A stretch of 60,571 nucleotides of DNA, the filler included, from Candidatus Hydrogenedentota bacterium (GTDB taxonomy: Bacteria; JBFMHD01), in assembly GCA_040752395.1 (NCBI GenBank). It is 6 parts of 6 records of this genome, joined end to end, with 100 filler letters (N's around TTAATTAATTAA, not from the genome) between each part and the next. Parts side by side here need not be neighbours in the genome. Positions count along the whole stretch, not along the records: positions 10,362 to 20,577 come from JBFMHD010000094.1; positions 20,678 to 30,834 come from JBFMHD010000095.1; positions 30,935 to 40,801 come from JBFMHD010000096.1; 3 more parts are not named here. One strand, given 5' to 3'. Of the stretch, positions 20,430 to 31,135 are shown piece by piece. Made by a program: the position numbers and the translations under genes. Below the pieces are notes generated by a model that made no database searches, was not told the DNA's origin, and saw only the letters and a list, made by a program, of their open reading frames with translations. Numbering within the stretch: the stretch's first letter is position 1; each line of letters opens with the position of its first letter.

Positions 20430-20577
20430 TTGAAAGATTGAAAGATTAAAATTTTTTCTGATACTTCTTACTTTCAAAGGCACAAAGGCACAGAGGCACA
20501 AAGTATGAAAAGAGTCGTGAGTCGCAAGTCGTGAGTCAAAACAGGACTCGAGACTCAAGACTCAAGACTCAAGACTT
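20430..20577 (+). repeat. Mosaic intergenic repeat (G'-D'-GGCACARA array-S), contig end
   Basis: Module S near-identical to 10372-10448. Confidence 0.93.
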
Positions 20578-20677
20578 NNNNNNNNNNNNNNNNNNNNNNN
20601 NNNNNNNNNNNNNNNNNNNNNTTAATTAATTAANNNNNNNNNNNNNNNNNNNNNNNNNNNNNNNNNNNNNNNNNNNN
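20578..20677. other. Artificial contig linker
   Basis: N-run containing TTAATTAATTAA. Confidence 0.99.
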
Positions 20678-20900
20678 CCAAAGCCTGCTGAAAAGTCTTG
20701 AGTCTTGAGTCTCGAGTCCTGTTTTGACTCACGACTTGCGACTTTTGACTCTTTTCATATCATCTTCAGTTTTTCAGACGTTGTGTAGAGCGCAAAAACG
20801 CAATAATCCAAGAACCCAATAGTGTAAAGTGCAACCCACGCTCATGAGTACTCCTGTGAAAAAGTTAATGAGTTCAAGAGTTGAGGAATTAAAAAGTAAA
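20678..20900 (-). repeat. Mosaic intergenic repeat, modules B-S-C(start), contig end
   Basis: Reverse complement of the 12597-12740 blocks. Confidence 0.93.
20774..20845 (-). CDS. Putative module-B mini-ORF MSVGCTLHYWVLGLLRFCALHNV (23 aa)
   Basis: CAGGAG-N5-ATG; 72-nt open frame. Confidence 0.35.
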   Translation of the reverse strand: MSVGCTLHYWVLGLLRFCALHNV

Positions 20901-20918
20901 TATCATCTTCGTTTTAAG

Positions 20919-21400
20919 CTACCATTTGCCTTTCTGTTCGTGTAAGATGCGCCAATTCTCAAGTGTAGCTATCTCAAGATTTGCGGTCCTCAATCTCATA
21001 CTTATCCAACCTGCTAAAGACAACGCTATACTCAAAGCGGTATAAGGCTCCACCGAAATAACTTTCTTATAATTCTCGGTCGAAAATTTATATAGTAACG
21101 ATTCGCGCGTAGTTAAAGCTGTGGCGCTGCGTGGATAACCATCAACAAGCGACATCTCACCAAAAAATTGGCCATGAGCAAAAGTCGCAAGCGTCTTTTT
21201 GTTAAAGCCATCAATGAGTTTGTTAATCTTAACACCGCCATAAACAATTATATACATTCCATCCGAATCATCGCCCTCCTCAAAAATAAATTCATCTTTC
21301 TTATAAACCTTTTTTCAAGATAGGGAACTATTATCTCAAGCTGTTCGTTGTTAAGATTCTCAAATAACGGATTGTTCTTCAATAACTCTTTTAGTTTCAT
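20919..21400 (-). CDS. Cyclic nucleotide-binding domain protein, frameshifted at an A6 run (21310-21315)
   Basis: [16 protein letters not shown]... / KKDEFIFEEGDDSDGMYII...GQFFGEMSL..PRSA; ATG overlaps the trpA stop. Confidence 0.85.
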
Positions 21401-22203
21401 TTACCCATCTCAAGAGCTGCTCTGATAGAATAAATAAAATCCTCTATACTTTTTAATACTTTTTTCTCGCTTATGTCAATCATATCTTCAATAATTTTTA
21501 TTATTTTGCTCCCGACAATTATGCCGTCACAATATGGTATTATCTCTCGAACCTGCAATGGATTACTTATCCCGAAACCTACATAAACAGGTTTCTCCTT
21601 ACTTAGAGATGTTAGTATATTTAAATTATCTTTTATATCAACGGGTAGTTTTTCTCTTATACCTGTTATGCCTTTCACAGAAACATAATATATAAATCCA
21701 GTTGACAATTTAACAATAGTTTTGAACCTCTTTATCCCGCTTGCAGGTGTAGCTAAAAATATAGTATCAATCCTATCTTTTGCAAGATAACAATATTCGT
21801 CTGCTTCTTCAATTGGTAGATCAGGTATAATTAAACCTTTGATACCTGTCCGTATCGAGTCTTCTATAAATCTTTGCATGCCACGTCTGTGAATAATGTT
21901 GTAGGATGTCATAATAACCACTGGTTTTTCTATAGAGTCCATAATTTTTTTACATAGGGTATATATTTTATTAGTATTCATCCCTCTTTGAAGAGAACGA
22001 GCTATCGAATTTTGTATAACAGGTCCGTCAGCTACAGAGTCTGTAAAAGGTATGCCTATCTCAAATATATCAACATACTTACTTAAAATTCTGGTAATTT
22101 TTAAAAATAGTTTTTCCTCTGGATCCCCGGCGCAAAGATATGTCACAAAAGCTTTTTTATTCATCTTTTTAATTTCTTGTAATTTATTGCCAAGTTCAGC
22201 CAT
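21397..22203 (-). CDS. trpA: Tryptophan synthase alpha chain
   Basis: [31 protein letters not shown]. Confidence 0.97.
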   Translation of the reverse strand: MAELGNKLQEIKKMNKKAFVTYLCAGDPEEKLFLKITRILSKYVDIFEIGIPFTDSVADGPVIQNSIARSLQRGMNTNKIYTLCKKIMDSIEKPVVIMTSYNIIHRRGMQRFIEDSIRTGIKGLIIPDLPIEEADEYCYLAKDRIDTIFLATPASGIKRFKTIVKLSTGFIYYVSVKGITGIREKLPVDIKDNLNILTSLSKEKPVYVGFGISNPLQVREIIPYCDGIIVGSKIIKIIEDMIDISEKKVLKSIEDFIYSIRAALEMGK

Positions 22204-23365
22204 AGTAATCCTTATATACTATATCTATATCTTTGTCACCTCTGCCAGAAAGATTAACTATTACAATACTTCCCTTTTTTAGTTTTAATTTAAAAAGATA
22301 AGCGATGGCATGAGCGCTCTCAAGCGCAGGCATTATACCCTCTTTCTCTGATAGATAACTAAAAGCATCTAATGTTTCTTTATCATTCACAGAATCAAAT
22401 TTTATTCTATTGGTCTTTTTGAGGTACGAATGTTCAGGACCTATCGCGGGATAATCAAGTCCAGCTGATATAGAATGAGTCGGCAAAATCTGTCCCCACT
22501 CATCCTGAAGAATATATGTTCTGGTCCCGTGTAAAATACCTATGCTTCCGCCTTTAAATCTTGAAGCATGTTCCCCTGCTTTAAAGCCTCTGCCACCAGC
22601 CTCTATTCCATACATTTTTACATCTTTATCTTTAAGGAACGAATAAAACAAACCGATTGAATTACTCCCGCCACCAACGCACGCTAATAAAACATCAGGC
22701 AGTCTCTTCTCTTTTTGAATTATCTGTTTTTTTGTTTCAATACCAATGATGCTTTGAAAATGTCGTATCATTAGTGGATATGGGTGCGGCCCAAGTACAG
22801 AGCCTAATAAATAATAAGTATTATCAACATTAGCCATCCAATCTCTTAAAGCCTCTGTAATAGCATCTTTGAGTATTTTATTACCCGAAGAGACCGGTGT
22901 AACTTTAGCTCCTAAAAGTTCCATTCTAAAGACATTTAGTTTCTGTCTTTCTATATCACAGGTTCCCATATATACTTCACATTTTAATCCAAGCAAAGCA
23001 CAGACAGTAGCTGTGGCAACACCGTGTTGTCCTGCGCCTGTCTCTGCTATAACCCTTGTTTTGCCCATTTTTTTAGCAAGGAGTGCCTGACCAAGAGCAT
23101 TGTTAATCTTATGCGAGCCTGTATGACACAGATCCTCGCGTTTAAGATAAACCTTAAAACCTAAGTCTTTGCTTATATTAGGGGCATAAGTAAGCGGTGT
23201 GGGTCTACCTGCATAATTATAAAATAAATTGTTAAGTTCTTTATTAAAAGACTTATCTTTTATAAAAAAATAAAAACTCTTTTCTAATTCACAAACAGCT
23301 GGCATTAATGTTTCGGGTATAAACTTACCACCAAATTCATCAAAATAGCCATTAACCGGTCTCAT
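22196..23365 (-). CDS. trpB: Tryptophan synthase beta chain
   Basis: [31 protein letters not shown]. Confidence 0.98.
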   Translation of the reverse strand: MRPVNGYFDEFGGKFIPETLMPAVCELEKSFYFFIKDKSFNKELNNLFYNYAGRPTPLTYAPNISKDLGFKVYLKREDLCHTGSHKINNALGQALLAKKMGKTRVIAETGAGQHGVATATVCALLGLKCEVYMGTCDIERQKLNVFRMELLGAKVTPVSSGNKILKDAITEALRDWMANVDNTYYLLGSVLGPHPYPLMIRHFQSIIGIETKKQIIQKEKRLPDVLLACVGGGSNSIGLFYSFLKDKDVKMYGIEAGGRGFKAGEHASRFKGGSIGILHGTRTYILQDEWGQILPTHSISAGLDYPAIGPEHSYLKKTNRIKFDSVNDKETLDAFSYLSEKEGIMPALESAHAIAYLFKLKLKKGSIVIVNLSGRGDKDIDIVYKDYYG

Positions 23366-23410
23366 TTTGTAATATCCTCAAGCTTCTACCCATTTAGAAA
23401 AAAAATAGGT

Positions 23411-23480
23411 CCTCTATCTCCTGAGTTCGGGTCTTGTGACCCTCACTACTACTTTTAATCTTTGTGCCTCTGCGCCTATC
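23411..23480 (-). repeat. Short mosaic repeat (GGCACA + module J GTAGTGAGGGTCACAAGACCC) upstream of trpB
   Basis: Matches 10612-10632 and 51235-51261. Confidence 0.75.
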
Positions 23481-23630
23481 TATTGACTCCTGCAATTTTA
23501 ATGGACGCAATCCCGTTATTTAAGCAGCAGTCAATAATATATAATATTTAATATATTGAACTAAACAAGGATTATTTTATTAAGTTAATGTATGCTTCCC
23601 CAATCTCCAATGTTGAGGTTGGTGGAATGA

Positions 23631-24017
23631 TTACTTTTCAACAGCAAGCTGTTTATCTCTCGGTCTTTTCAAACCTTTAGGAGCTGATGGTGTACCATAT
23701 CCTTTCTTAACTTCTTTTTTAACCCAGTTTCTCTTAATCCCAATTTTTTTACCCCTGGTTACTTTTAACATCTCATCAGCTGGTCTTTCTAAACCCTGGG
23801 TAACGTCATACATTTCATAATCTTGTTGTGCATCTCTTTTAGCCCAGTTTCTTTGAGCCACATCCCTTGTTCCAAAAGCCTTGGAAGGTTGAGAATCAGA
23901 GGGTCTTTTTAAACCCTGAGTTACATCATACCTTTGAGTAGCATCTCTACCTGCTGCATATAATACTCCGTAAAGTACAAAACCACCTGCAAGAACAATT
24001 GATACAAACCTTTTCAT
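23631..24017 (-). CDS. Small secreted protein with internal repeats
   Basis: GGAGG SD; signal peptide; three GL(K/E)RPxD units. Confidence 0.75.
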   Translation of the reverse strand: MKRFVSIVLAGGFVLYGVLYAAGRDATQRYDVTQGLKRPSDSQPSKAFGTRDVAQRNWAKRDAQQDYEMYDVTQGLERPADEMLKVTRGKKIGIKRNWVKKEVKKGYGTPSAPKGLKRPRDKQLAVEK

Positions 24018-24137
24018 AAGATAACCTCCTTTATTATTTTATGATAAAAATTTATTGATTAATGATTTTCTGTCAAATAAAATTTTCTTTATTTTTTGTT
24101 GAATTTAATGGATATTATAGTCTCAAGGTGTTTAAGT

Positions 24138-24866
24138 ATGAAGAAAGAACTTTTTTCTTTTTTGTGTGGTATAGAAGAATCTATACTTGGTGACATAATT
24201 ATTATCAGTCCCTGTATCACTTTTTCTGATCTAAAAATTTTTTCAAAGAATATAACTTATAAATTTAGTGGTAATGTTTATCGTGGTTGTAATTTGAATA
24301 TGGGCAGGAATAATATAACTTTTATTAAATCTCCTCAGGGTGCAACATTTATAGGCGATTTAATATTAAGTTTGAGTCGGAATAATTATAAAGCGATCAT
24401 ATTCTTTGGTTACGCAGGTCTTTTAAAAGATATAGCTGCGGGTACGTTATTTATAATAGATACTGCTTATAATGGTGAGGGTTTCAGCAGGTATATCTTA
24501 TGTACTAAAACATTTGATGTAAAAATTCTTGATAATTACCATCCTGATCCAGAACTTAAAGAAAAAGCAAAACAAATATTTAAAGATGCTCTGGTTGGTT
24601 CCATATATACTACGGGTTCATTCTGTATGGAGTTTCTTAATCGTAAATTTATCAAAGCTGTAAAGGGTGGAAATATCGATTTAATTGATTTAGAGGTTTC
24701 AGCTTTTTATTCAGCTTGTGCTTATAAAAAATTAAAAAGTATAGGGTTTTGTTTAGCAACTGATAATGTCTTACAACAAACGATATTAAAGATCGGTGTC
24801 TCTTATAAAGACCTTATCTTTTGTAAACAAAAGGCTTTCTTAAAAAAGATAGTCAATCTTATATAG
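24138..24866 (+). CDS. Purine/uridine nucleoside phosphorylase-like protein
   Basis: IFFGYAG, GEGFSRY, GSIYTT, IDLEVSAFY, LATDN. Confidence 0.65.
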   Translation: MKKELFSFLCGIEESILGDIIIISPCITFSDLKIFSKNITYKFSGNVYRGCNLNMGRNNITFIKSPQGATFIGDLILSLSRNNYKAIIFFGYAGLLKDIAAGTLFIIDTAYNGEGFSRYILCTKTFDVKILDNYHPDPELKEKAKQIFKDALVGSIYTTGSFCMEFLNRKFIKAVKGGNIDLIDLEVSAFYSACAYKKLKSIGFCLATDNVLQQTILKIGVSYKDLIFCKQKAFLKKIVNLI

Positions 24867-26325
24867 TAATCTCAATGCCTCTGCGCTTGAGTTTCTCGAT
24901 AAATGTTGGTTTATAACCGGTTGGTTGATGTCTCCCTAAAATTTTTCCATCGGCATCTATACCTGATTCAATAAATTGAAAGATATCATTGGTCTGGATT
25001 TCGCCTTTTTTGTTAATCCCGCCCACTTCTGTCACATAAGTTAGTTTACGAGTGCCGTCGGGTAGTCGTTCAATATGAACGATCAAATCAATTGCAGAAG
25101 AGATTTGTTTTCTTACAACAGCTAAAGGGACTTCTGAGACAGCCATCATTACCATAGCTTCAAGTCTTGTAAGCATATCTTTTGGCGAATTAGCGTGTCC
25201 TGTAGATATGGAGCCGTCGTGGCCTGTGTTCATTGCCTGCAGCATATCATAAGCTTCGGCTCCGCGTACTTCTCCTACAATGATTCTATCCGGTCTCATT
25301 CTTAAAGAATTTCTAACAAGTGTCCGAATAGAGATCTCCCCTTTATCTTCAATATTTGCGGGTCTTGTTTCCATTCTAACAACATGTTTGTGGTACTGCC
25401 ACAATTTAAGTTCTGCAGAATCCTCAATTGTTATTATTCTCTCATCAGGCGGAATAAATGAGCCAAGTATATTTAATAAGGTTGTTTTACCTGAGCCTGT
25501 ACCACCTGAGACAATAATATTCAATCTGCCCCGAACACAGCAGCTTAAAAACGTTGCTATTGTTTCGTTGATACTACCCCATTGTATTAGATTAAGCATC
25601 TGTATAGGTGTTTTAGAAAATTTTCTTATAGTAAGTAATGGTCCATCAAGTGCGATAGGTGATATAACAGCATTGATTCGTGAGCCATCAGGTAATCGTG
25701 CATCGACCATCGGATTCGATTCGTCAATACGCTTTCCTAAAGGAGATATTATTCTTCTAATAATAGAGAGAAGATGTTCAGCATCATAAAATTCAAGTGG
25801 CGTCAGTTCTGATCTACCATTACGTTCAACGAAAATATTTTGGGGTCCATTAACCATTATCTCATTTATATTTTCATCTCTCATCAACTGTTCAATGGGT
25901 CCAAGACCATAAATCTCATCTTCAAGATCTAATAGTAAATTATCCTTTTCTTCTTTTGAAAGACGGATCTTGTTATTAAATAAAAACTCATTTATAAGGA
26001 ACAATATTTTCTCTTTCAAAAACGCTCTACGCTTGAATTCGGACATTTTTTCAATAAGATTATGTTCAAGATTTTCTATAAGAGTATTTAATAAAGTTTT
26101 CTTGATTTCTAAAAACTTCCTCAATTCTTTTTTATGCGAGTCAAGATATTCATCTGTTGATGGTCGAGAGATATGAATAAATGGTAGGGTTTCCTCTATC
26201 TCTTCTAATACTTTTAAACGTTCACCGGTATCAAGAGCAACAATATTCTCGATATCTTTCTTTTGGCTATCTTTCTGGAATATGCTTTTTTCAATATAAA
26301 TATAACTTTTATCTTCAGAACTCAT
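24859..26325 (-). CDS. cpaF: CpaF/TadA-family pilus assembly ATPase
   Basis: GGTGSGKTT, LRMRPDRIIVGEVRG, AMNTGHDG. Confidence 0.93.
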   Translation of the reverse strand: MSSEDKSYIYIEKSIFQKDSQKKDIENIVALDTGERLKVLEEIEETLPFIHISRPSTDEYLDSHKKELRKFLEIKKTLLNTLIENLEHNLIEKMSEFKRRAFLKEKILFLINEFLFNNKIRLSKEEKDNLLLDLEDEIYGLGPIEQLMRDENINEIMVNGPQNIFVERNGRSELTPLEFYDAEHLLSIIRRIISPLGKRIDESNPMVDARLPDGSRINAVISPIALDGPLLTIRKFSKTPIQMLNLIQWGSINETIATFLSCCVRGRLNIIVSGGTGSGKTTLLNILGSFIPPDERIITIEDSAELKLWQYHKHVVRMETRPANIEDKGEISIRTLVRNSLRMRPDRIIVGEVRGAEAYDMLQAMNTGHDGSISTGHANSPKDMLTRLEAMVMMAVSEVPLAVVRKQISSAIDLIVHIERLPDGTRKLTYVTEVGGINKKGEIQTNDIFQFIESGIDADGKILGRHQPTGYKPTFIEKLKRRGIEITI

Positions 26326-26708
26326 TTAAAGGCCTCAATCGCTTTTTGTTCGTTATTATATATATCAAATAATCTATCGAGTCGTACATACTTAAAAATA
26401 TTCATAATATGGTCGGGTATACAGACAAATTTTATATCTCCGCCTTTATTTACAACTGCTTTAAGATTTTTAATAATAACACCTATACCGCTGCTATCAA
26501 TATACCTTAAATTAGCCATATGAATTATTATGTTGAAGATATTATTCTTGATACATTTTTCAAGCTCTGTATGGAAATACTCGTTATTTGTTAAATCAAT
26601 TTCACCATCAAGATAAAATATTACTTTATCTCCTACCTCGCTTTTTTCAATTTTTATTCCTTTCTTCTTTACTACTACTGTTCTCTGGCATCTAATCTCA
26701 TAAACCAT
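26322..26708 (-). CDS. STAS-domain anti-sigma factor antagonist
   Basis: LDGEID...YIDSSGIG. Confidence 0.9.
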   Translation of the reverse strand: MVYEIRCQRTVVVKKKGIKIEKSEVGDKVIFYLDGEIDLTNNEYFHTELEKCIKNNIFNIIIHMANLRYIDSSGIGVIIKNLKAVVNKGGDIKFVCIPDHIMNIFKYVRLDRLFDIYNNEQKAIEAFK

Positions 26709-26942
26709 CTGCTCACCCCCCTTTGAAAAAATAAGAAACAAAAATTAAGTCTCTCTATTAATTTTTTACTATATCAAATTAAAAAAAGATGTCAAAGAAA
26801 AATATTTCCCCTCCAATAAAAAAGCAAAAAATAATCCTATAAAAAAATAGAAGAGTACGTTTTATTTAAAGATTTCTCCGGTCTGGTTGGATCAGAATAA
26901 TAAATCAAGATGTGGTACTGGTATATGGAATTGTGATAATAT

Positions 26943-26971
26943 TTGACAGACGGCCAGAGATAAAATAAAAT
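26943..26971 (+). promoter_or_regulatory. Sigma70 promoter of the DUF433 cassette
   Basis: TTGACA-N17-TAAAAT. Confidence 0.65.
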
Positions 26972-26987
26972 TATCTGTATTGATACA

Positions 26988-27212
26988 ATGCTATATAATG
27001 AACGAATCACAGTAAATCCTGATATAATGCCTGGAAAACCAGTAATAAAAGGAACCCGAATTACTGTTGAATTTATTTTAAAAAAATTGTCAGAAGGCAT
27101 GACAATTCAAGAACTGATAGAAGCATATCAAACATTAAATTATGAAGACGTTCTGGCAGCTTTATCATACTCTGCTAATGTGGTAGGCAAGGAGGAATTA
27201 CTTGCAATTTAA
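26988..27212 (+). CDS. DUF433 antitoxin
   Basis: ERITVNPDIMPGKPVIKGTRITV. Confidence 0.93.
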   Translation: MLYNERITVNPDIMPGKPVIKGTRITVEFILKKLSEGMTIQELIEAYQTLNYEDVLAALSYSANVVGKEELLAI

Positions 27213-27318
27213 AATACTGGCTGATGAAAACATTCACCGTAAAATAATAAATTCTCTGCAGGAACATAAATACGATGTGATCTCCATATGGCATACTTTC
27301 CCAAAATTTTGTTGTTAA
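27202..27318 (+). pseudogene. DUF5615 PIN-like toxin, truncated at 38 aa
   Basis: AGGAGG-TTG start; FKILADENIHRKIINSLQEHKYDVISI then an early stop. Confidence 0.78.
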
Positions 27319-27348
27319 AACCTTTCTTTATATCTATACTTTTGGCTT

Positions 27349-27717
27349 ATGCATGAATATTCGATCGCAAAAAACATTATGGATTCATTAACTGAATTAA
27401 AGCCAGAGTATCAGGATAAACCTGTAATTAAAGTCACCATTCTTGCTGGTAGACTTCATCGGATTGTACCAGAATCGTTATTTTTTTATCTTGACCTGCT
27501 CAAAAAAGATAGCGAATTTAAAGACACAGAATTCGTTTTCAGGGAAAAAGATGTTGAAGTAAGGTGTAGTACCTGTAATAATATATCGAAACTGGCTGAT
27601 TTTTTTCTTTTCTGTCCCCTCTGTAACAGTTTAGATGTGAGACTCGTCTCAGGTAATGAACTTGTCATAGAGTCCATAGAAATTGAGGAGAAAGAAGATG
27701 GAGATAAAAGTCTATAA
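27349..27717 (+). CDS. hypA: Hydrogenase nickel metallochaperone HypA
   Basis: MHEYSIA, two CxxC. Confidence 0.95.
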   Translation: MHEYSIAKNIMDSLTELKPEYQDKPVIKVTILAGRLHRIVPESLFFYLDLLKKDSEFKDTEFVFREKDVEVRCSTCNNISKLADFFLFCPLCNSLDVRLVSGNELVIESIEIEEKEDGDKSL

Positions 27718-28348
27718 AGAGATAATGGAAGCCAGTGACCAGATTGCGCAGCAGATAAGAGACTTGCTGGATAATTTCCGTATATTCGCAATAAATCTTA
27801 TCAGTTCACCGGGTAGTGGAAAAACCACGCTTCTTGAACGTTTGATACCGGTATTAGAAGAATCAGGGATAAAAATCGGTGTGATAGAAGGCGACCTTGC
27901 AACCTCCAACGATGCTGAGAGAATCTCAAGATTGAATATTCCGGTCGCTCAGATAAACACAGGTTCAGGATGTCATCTCGGTGCAGAGATGGTACATCAG
28001 GCTTTGAAAGGGTTTCCGCTTGCTAAAATCAATTTATTGATTATCGAGAACGTGGGTAACCTTGTCTGTCCTACGGGCTTTTATCTTGGTGAAAACATCA
28101 AAATAGGTATGATGAGTGTTCCTGAAGGTGACGACAAGCCTGTTAAATATCCGCTACTTTTAAACGTCTCTGAAGCAATAATACTTAATAAAATCGACCT
28201 CATCCCATACACAAATTTCAATAAAGATAATTTCATCAATTATTGTAAACGTATTAATTCTAAAGTTAAAATTTTTGAAACCTGCGCAACCACAGGTGAA
28301 GGTATTACCGAGTTTGTGGATTGGCTGATCTTAAAATCTAAAACTTAA
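27698..28348 (+). CDS. hypB: Hydrogenase nickel incorporation GTPase HypB
   Basis: SSPGSGKTT, GCHL, ENVGNLVCP, NKID. Confidence 0.96.
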   Translation: MEIKVYKEIMEASDQIAQQIRDLLDNFRIFAINLISSPGSGKTTLLERLIPVLEESGIKIGVIEGDLATSNDAERISRLNIPVAQINTGSGCHLGAEMVHQALKGFPLAKINLLIIENVGNLVCPTGFYLGENIKIGMMSVPEGDDKPVKYPLLLNVSEAIILNKIDLIPYTNFNKDNFINYCKRINSKVKIFETCATTGEGITEFVDWLILKSKT

Positions 28349-28744
28349 GCTGTATTCTGTATAAACCCAGTAAACCATTGCCCCGAGAAAAGCAAACCCC
28401 AGCAATAAAAAGACCGTAAGCAAAATAGTGTTGGTTGTGGCTTCACGTCTATGTTTATCGCACAGGGCTTTCATATATGATCTGGTTATGTATGGTTTAG
28501 CCGGTGCACCACAAACCTCACATACTAACATTTTATCCTCGACTATGACTTTTTTAATATTGATTCCTGATGGTTTATCAGTTTTTTCAATCAGGGTTTT
28601 CAACCGTTCAACAGTGATCCCGAAATTCTGGCTACAAAATTTGCAGTACCAGGTTTCAGCTATTTTTTGGCCTGAGTCGTTCCTTACATCTGAAATATAC
28701 TTTGTTTCAGTTCTGTTGCATTTAGGGCATTTAATTTCAGGCAT
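28331..28744 (-). CDS. Zinc-ribbon protein with C-terminal TM helix
   Basis: CPKC, CKFC, CEVC, CDKH motifs; GGAGG SD. Confidence 0.7.
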   Translation of the reverse strand: MPEIKCPKCNRTETKYISDVRNDSGQKIAETWYCKFCSQNFGITVERLKTLIEKTDKPSGINIKKVIVEDKMLVCEVCGAPAKPYITRSYMKALCDKHRREATTNTILLTVFLLLGFAFLGAMVYWVYTEYSLSFRF

Positions 28745-28833
28745 AGAATCAAATTCCTCCTTATATTTTCAATACTCTGAAAAATAGTGTTTGTAAGGCA
28801 CAAAGGTTAAGAAATTCAAATTTTTGTTAAAGA

Positions 28834-29349
28834 TTAGTCTGCTCTACATAATAGCAGTATCTTATCGCAGGCTCGGGGTATTGAGTCTCTTACGGTTTTT
28901 GATAACCCTGTGGATACTTCAGAAGGAATATGCTCTACCTGCACAGAGACTATCTTTACATCAACCTCGCACAATTCTTTTAATTCTTTTAATAGATTAG
29001 AAGTAGGAAGTTGATGCATAGAAAAATCATTTATTTTTATGCCCTGTATCTCGGATATATCCGGCTCAAAAACTTCACCCGGTGTTCTACCCACATCCAT
29101 AGCATCAACTATGATTATACGTTCAGGTCGTGTCTGGCTCAGAATAATATTAAATAATACCTCTCTTACGCTTGTCCCGCAATCCATCACATAAACATCC
29201 TCGGGTATCTTGTAATTTTTCGACAAATATTCCACAGTTTCGGGTCCAAACCCGTCATCACCAAACAATACGTTGCCGCAACCTAGCACCATGACTTTTT
29301 TCATACAGTATTCGAGTGATGTTGCAGGGTCGAACGGCTGTTTGGCCAT
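28834..29349 (-). CDS. Hydrogenase maturation protease
   Basis: LGCGNVLFGDDGFG, IIVDA, SMHQ. Confidence 0.93.
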   Translation of the reverse strand: MAKQPFDPATSLEYCMKKVMVLGCGNVLFGDDGFGPETVEYLSKNYKIPEDVYVMDCGTSVREVLFNIILSQTRPERIIIVDAMDVGRTPGEVFEPDISEIQGIKINDFSMHQLPTSNLLKELKELCEVDVKIVSVQVEHIPSEVSTGLSKTVRDSIPRACDKILLLCRAD

Positions 29350-29351
29350 CG

Positions 29352-30797
29352 TCAGTTCTTCAGCGTTTCTATCAGCTCGCCATCTGCATCCAGTATGTCA
29401 ATCCGTACAGGTAAACTGCCATCGAGTTTATGTGTGGCACAGGATAAGCACGGGTCATACGCTCTTATGGACATCTCAATTCTGTTCAGTATGCCCTGGT
29501 CGTATTTACCGTCCTTGATCAACGCCTTTGCAGCCTGGTTCACGGACATATTGATTGATGCGTTGTTGTGGGTTGTTCCTACAATGAGGTTAACATTCGT
29601 TACAGTACCGTTGGCATCAGTTTCATAATCGTGGATGAGTGTACCACGTGGTGCTTCGACACAACCTACCCCTCTTGCAGCCCGTGGTGTTACCGCAACT
29701 CTTGTCTCTCTACCTGTTATATCCGGGTCATTCAAAAGTTCAACAACGTGTTCTGCTGCATACACAAGTTCAATCAATCTTGCCCAGTGATAGAGTAAAG
29801 TCAATTGTGCTGGCCGACCAAACTTTGACCTGAATTCCTCAAGTTCTTTCTGTGCTAATGGGGTTGCCATTTTATCCGCAACATTGATTCTTGCTAAACA
29901 GTTTGACCTGTAGATTCCTTTTGGAGCAGCAGTATCCATCGAGAACCCTTCACCCCATGATTTGGCATACGGGAACTTAAGATATGTCCAGTTTTCAATC
30001 CGTTCTGAAATGAAATCCGTGTATTTATCACACGGAAAATCTGTATACGAACCATCAGGCTTCATCAATCTGAGTTTACCATCATAGAAATTAAGTGAAC
30101 CATCATCAGTAACTGTTCCAATAAATCCGGTATTAATAACACCTAAAACTTTAACCACATCAAGATACTTTGGGAAAATATTTTCTTTAGCAAATGCTAT
30201 AGTAAATTTAGCGAACTCGAGCATCTCGTTTGCCATAGGAACAAGTTTATCTCTTTCAGCTTCAGTTAAAGGTTTACTGAACCCACCCGGGACAGCAGTA
30301 ACCGGATGTATTTTCTTTCCGGAAACTATCTCCAGCATCTTTGTGCCAAGAAAACGGGTCAGAGCAACCTTCTTGCCAAGTTCAGGGTTTGCCTTAATAA
30401 TACCAATCACATTACGTACAGAATAATCAGCATCAGGTCCCATAACAAAATCTGGACCTGCAAGGAAGAAGAAATGAAGAATCTTGTCTTCACACTGGGC
30501 GATACTATGGCAAAGGTCTCTGAGTTTTTTCCCTGCAGGTGGAGGTGTTACGCCAAACACAGCATCGTTTGCCTTGGCAGACGCAAGATGATGGTGCCAG
30601 GGACATACACCGCAGATACTGGTTACTATCCTCGGGAGTTCCTCCACGGGTCTTCCTATACAGAACTTTTCGAACCCTCGTAACTCAACTACGTTTACTT
30701 TTGTGTCTGCCACATTGCCCGAGTCATCGAGTTGTATGGTCACCTTTGCGTGTCCTTCTATTCTTGAAACTGGTTGTATAACTAATGTTTTACCCAT
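29352..30797 (-). CDS. mvhA: NiFe hydrogenase large subunit, MvhA-like (group 3c)
   Basis: RIEGH, RGFEKF, ICGVC (L1), EAPRGTL, YDPCLSCATH (L2) plus cleavable tail. Confidence 0.88.
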   Translation of the reverse strand: MGKTLVIQPVSRIEGHAKVTIQLDDSGNVADTKVNVVELRGFEKFCIGRPVEELPRIVTSICGVCPWHHHLASAKANDAVFGVTPPPAGKKLRDLCHSIAQCEDKILHFFFLAGPDFVMGPDADYSVRNVIGIIKANPELGKKVALTRFLGTKMLEIVSGKKIHPVTAVPGGFSKPLTEAERDKLVPMANEMLEFAKFTIAFAKENIFPKYLDVVKVLGVINTGFIGTVTDDGSLNFYDGKLRLMKPDGSYTDFPCDKYTDFISERIENWTYLKFPYAKSWGEGFSMDTAAPKGIYRSNCLARINVADKMATPLAQKELEEFRSKFGRPAQLTLLYHWARLIELVYAAEHVVELLNDPDITGRETRVAVTPRAARGVGCVEAPRGTLIHDYETDANGTVTNVNLIVGTTHNNASINMSVNQAAKALIKDGKYDQGILNRIEMSIRAYDPCLSCATHKLDGSLPVRIDILDADGELIETLKN

Positions 30798-30834
30798 TGT
30801 AATCACCTCCCTGCCTTTGCTGGTAACGGTCTTA

Positions 30835-30934
30835 NNNNNNNNNNNNNNNNNNNNNNNNNNNNNNNNNNNNNNNNNNNNTTAATTAATTAANNNNNNNNNN
30901 NNNNNNNNNNNNNNNNNNNNNNNNNNNNNNNNNN
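30835..30934. other. Artificial contig linker
   Basis: N-run containing TTAATTAATTAA. Confidence 0.99.
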
Positions 30935-31130
30935 CTACACTATTGTGTTCTTGGGTTATTGGGTTATTGGGTTATTGGGTTATTGGGTTATTGGGTTATT
31001 GCGTTTTTGCGTTATCTTGCTTCTTGCCTCTCGCTTCTTTCGTTATCTTTCTTTTTTGTTATCTTGCTTCTTGCCTCTCGCTTCTTGTTTCTACTTGATA
31101 TCATTAGAGTTACGGCGTTTTTCGGAGGAG
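30935..31130 (+). repeat. Mosaic intergenic repeat, modules B-F-T, ending in SD of sat
   Basis: (GGGTTATT)6 array, TTCTTGC array, ATTAGAGTTACGGCGTTTTTCGGAGGAG. Confidence 0.95.
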
Positions 31131-31135
31131 TGTTT

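Noticed and set aside
20504..20760. Large inverted repeat spanning the second gap
   Set aside because: Two unrelated contigs both end in module S; the adjacency is not biological
29352..29470. Selenocysteine hydrogenase
   Set aside because: The L2 motif is DPCLSC with ordinary Cys codons and no in-frame TGA
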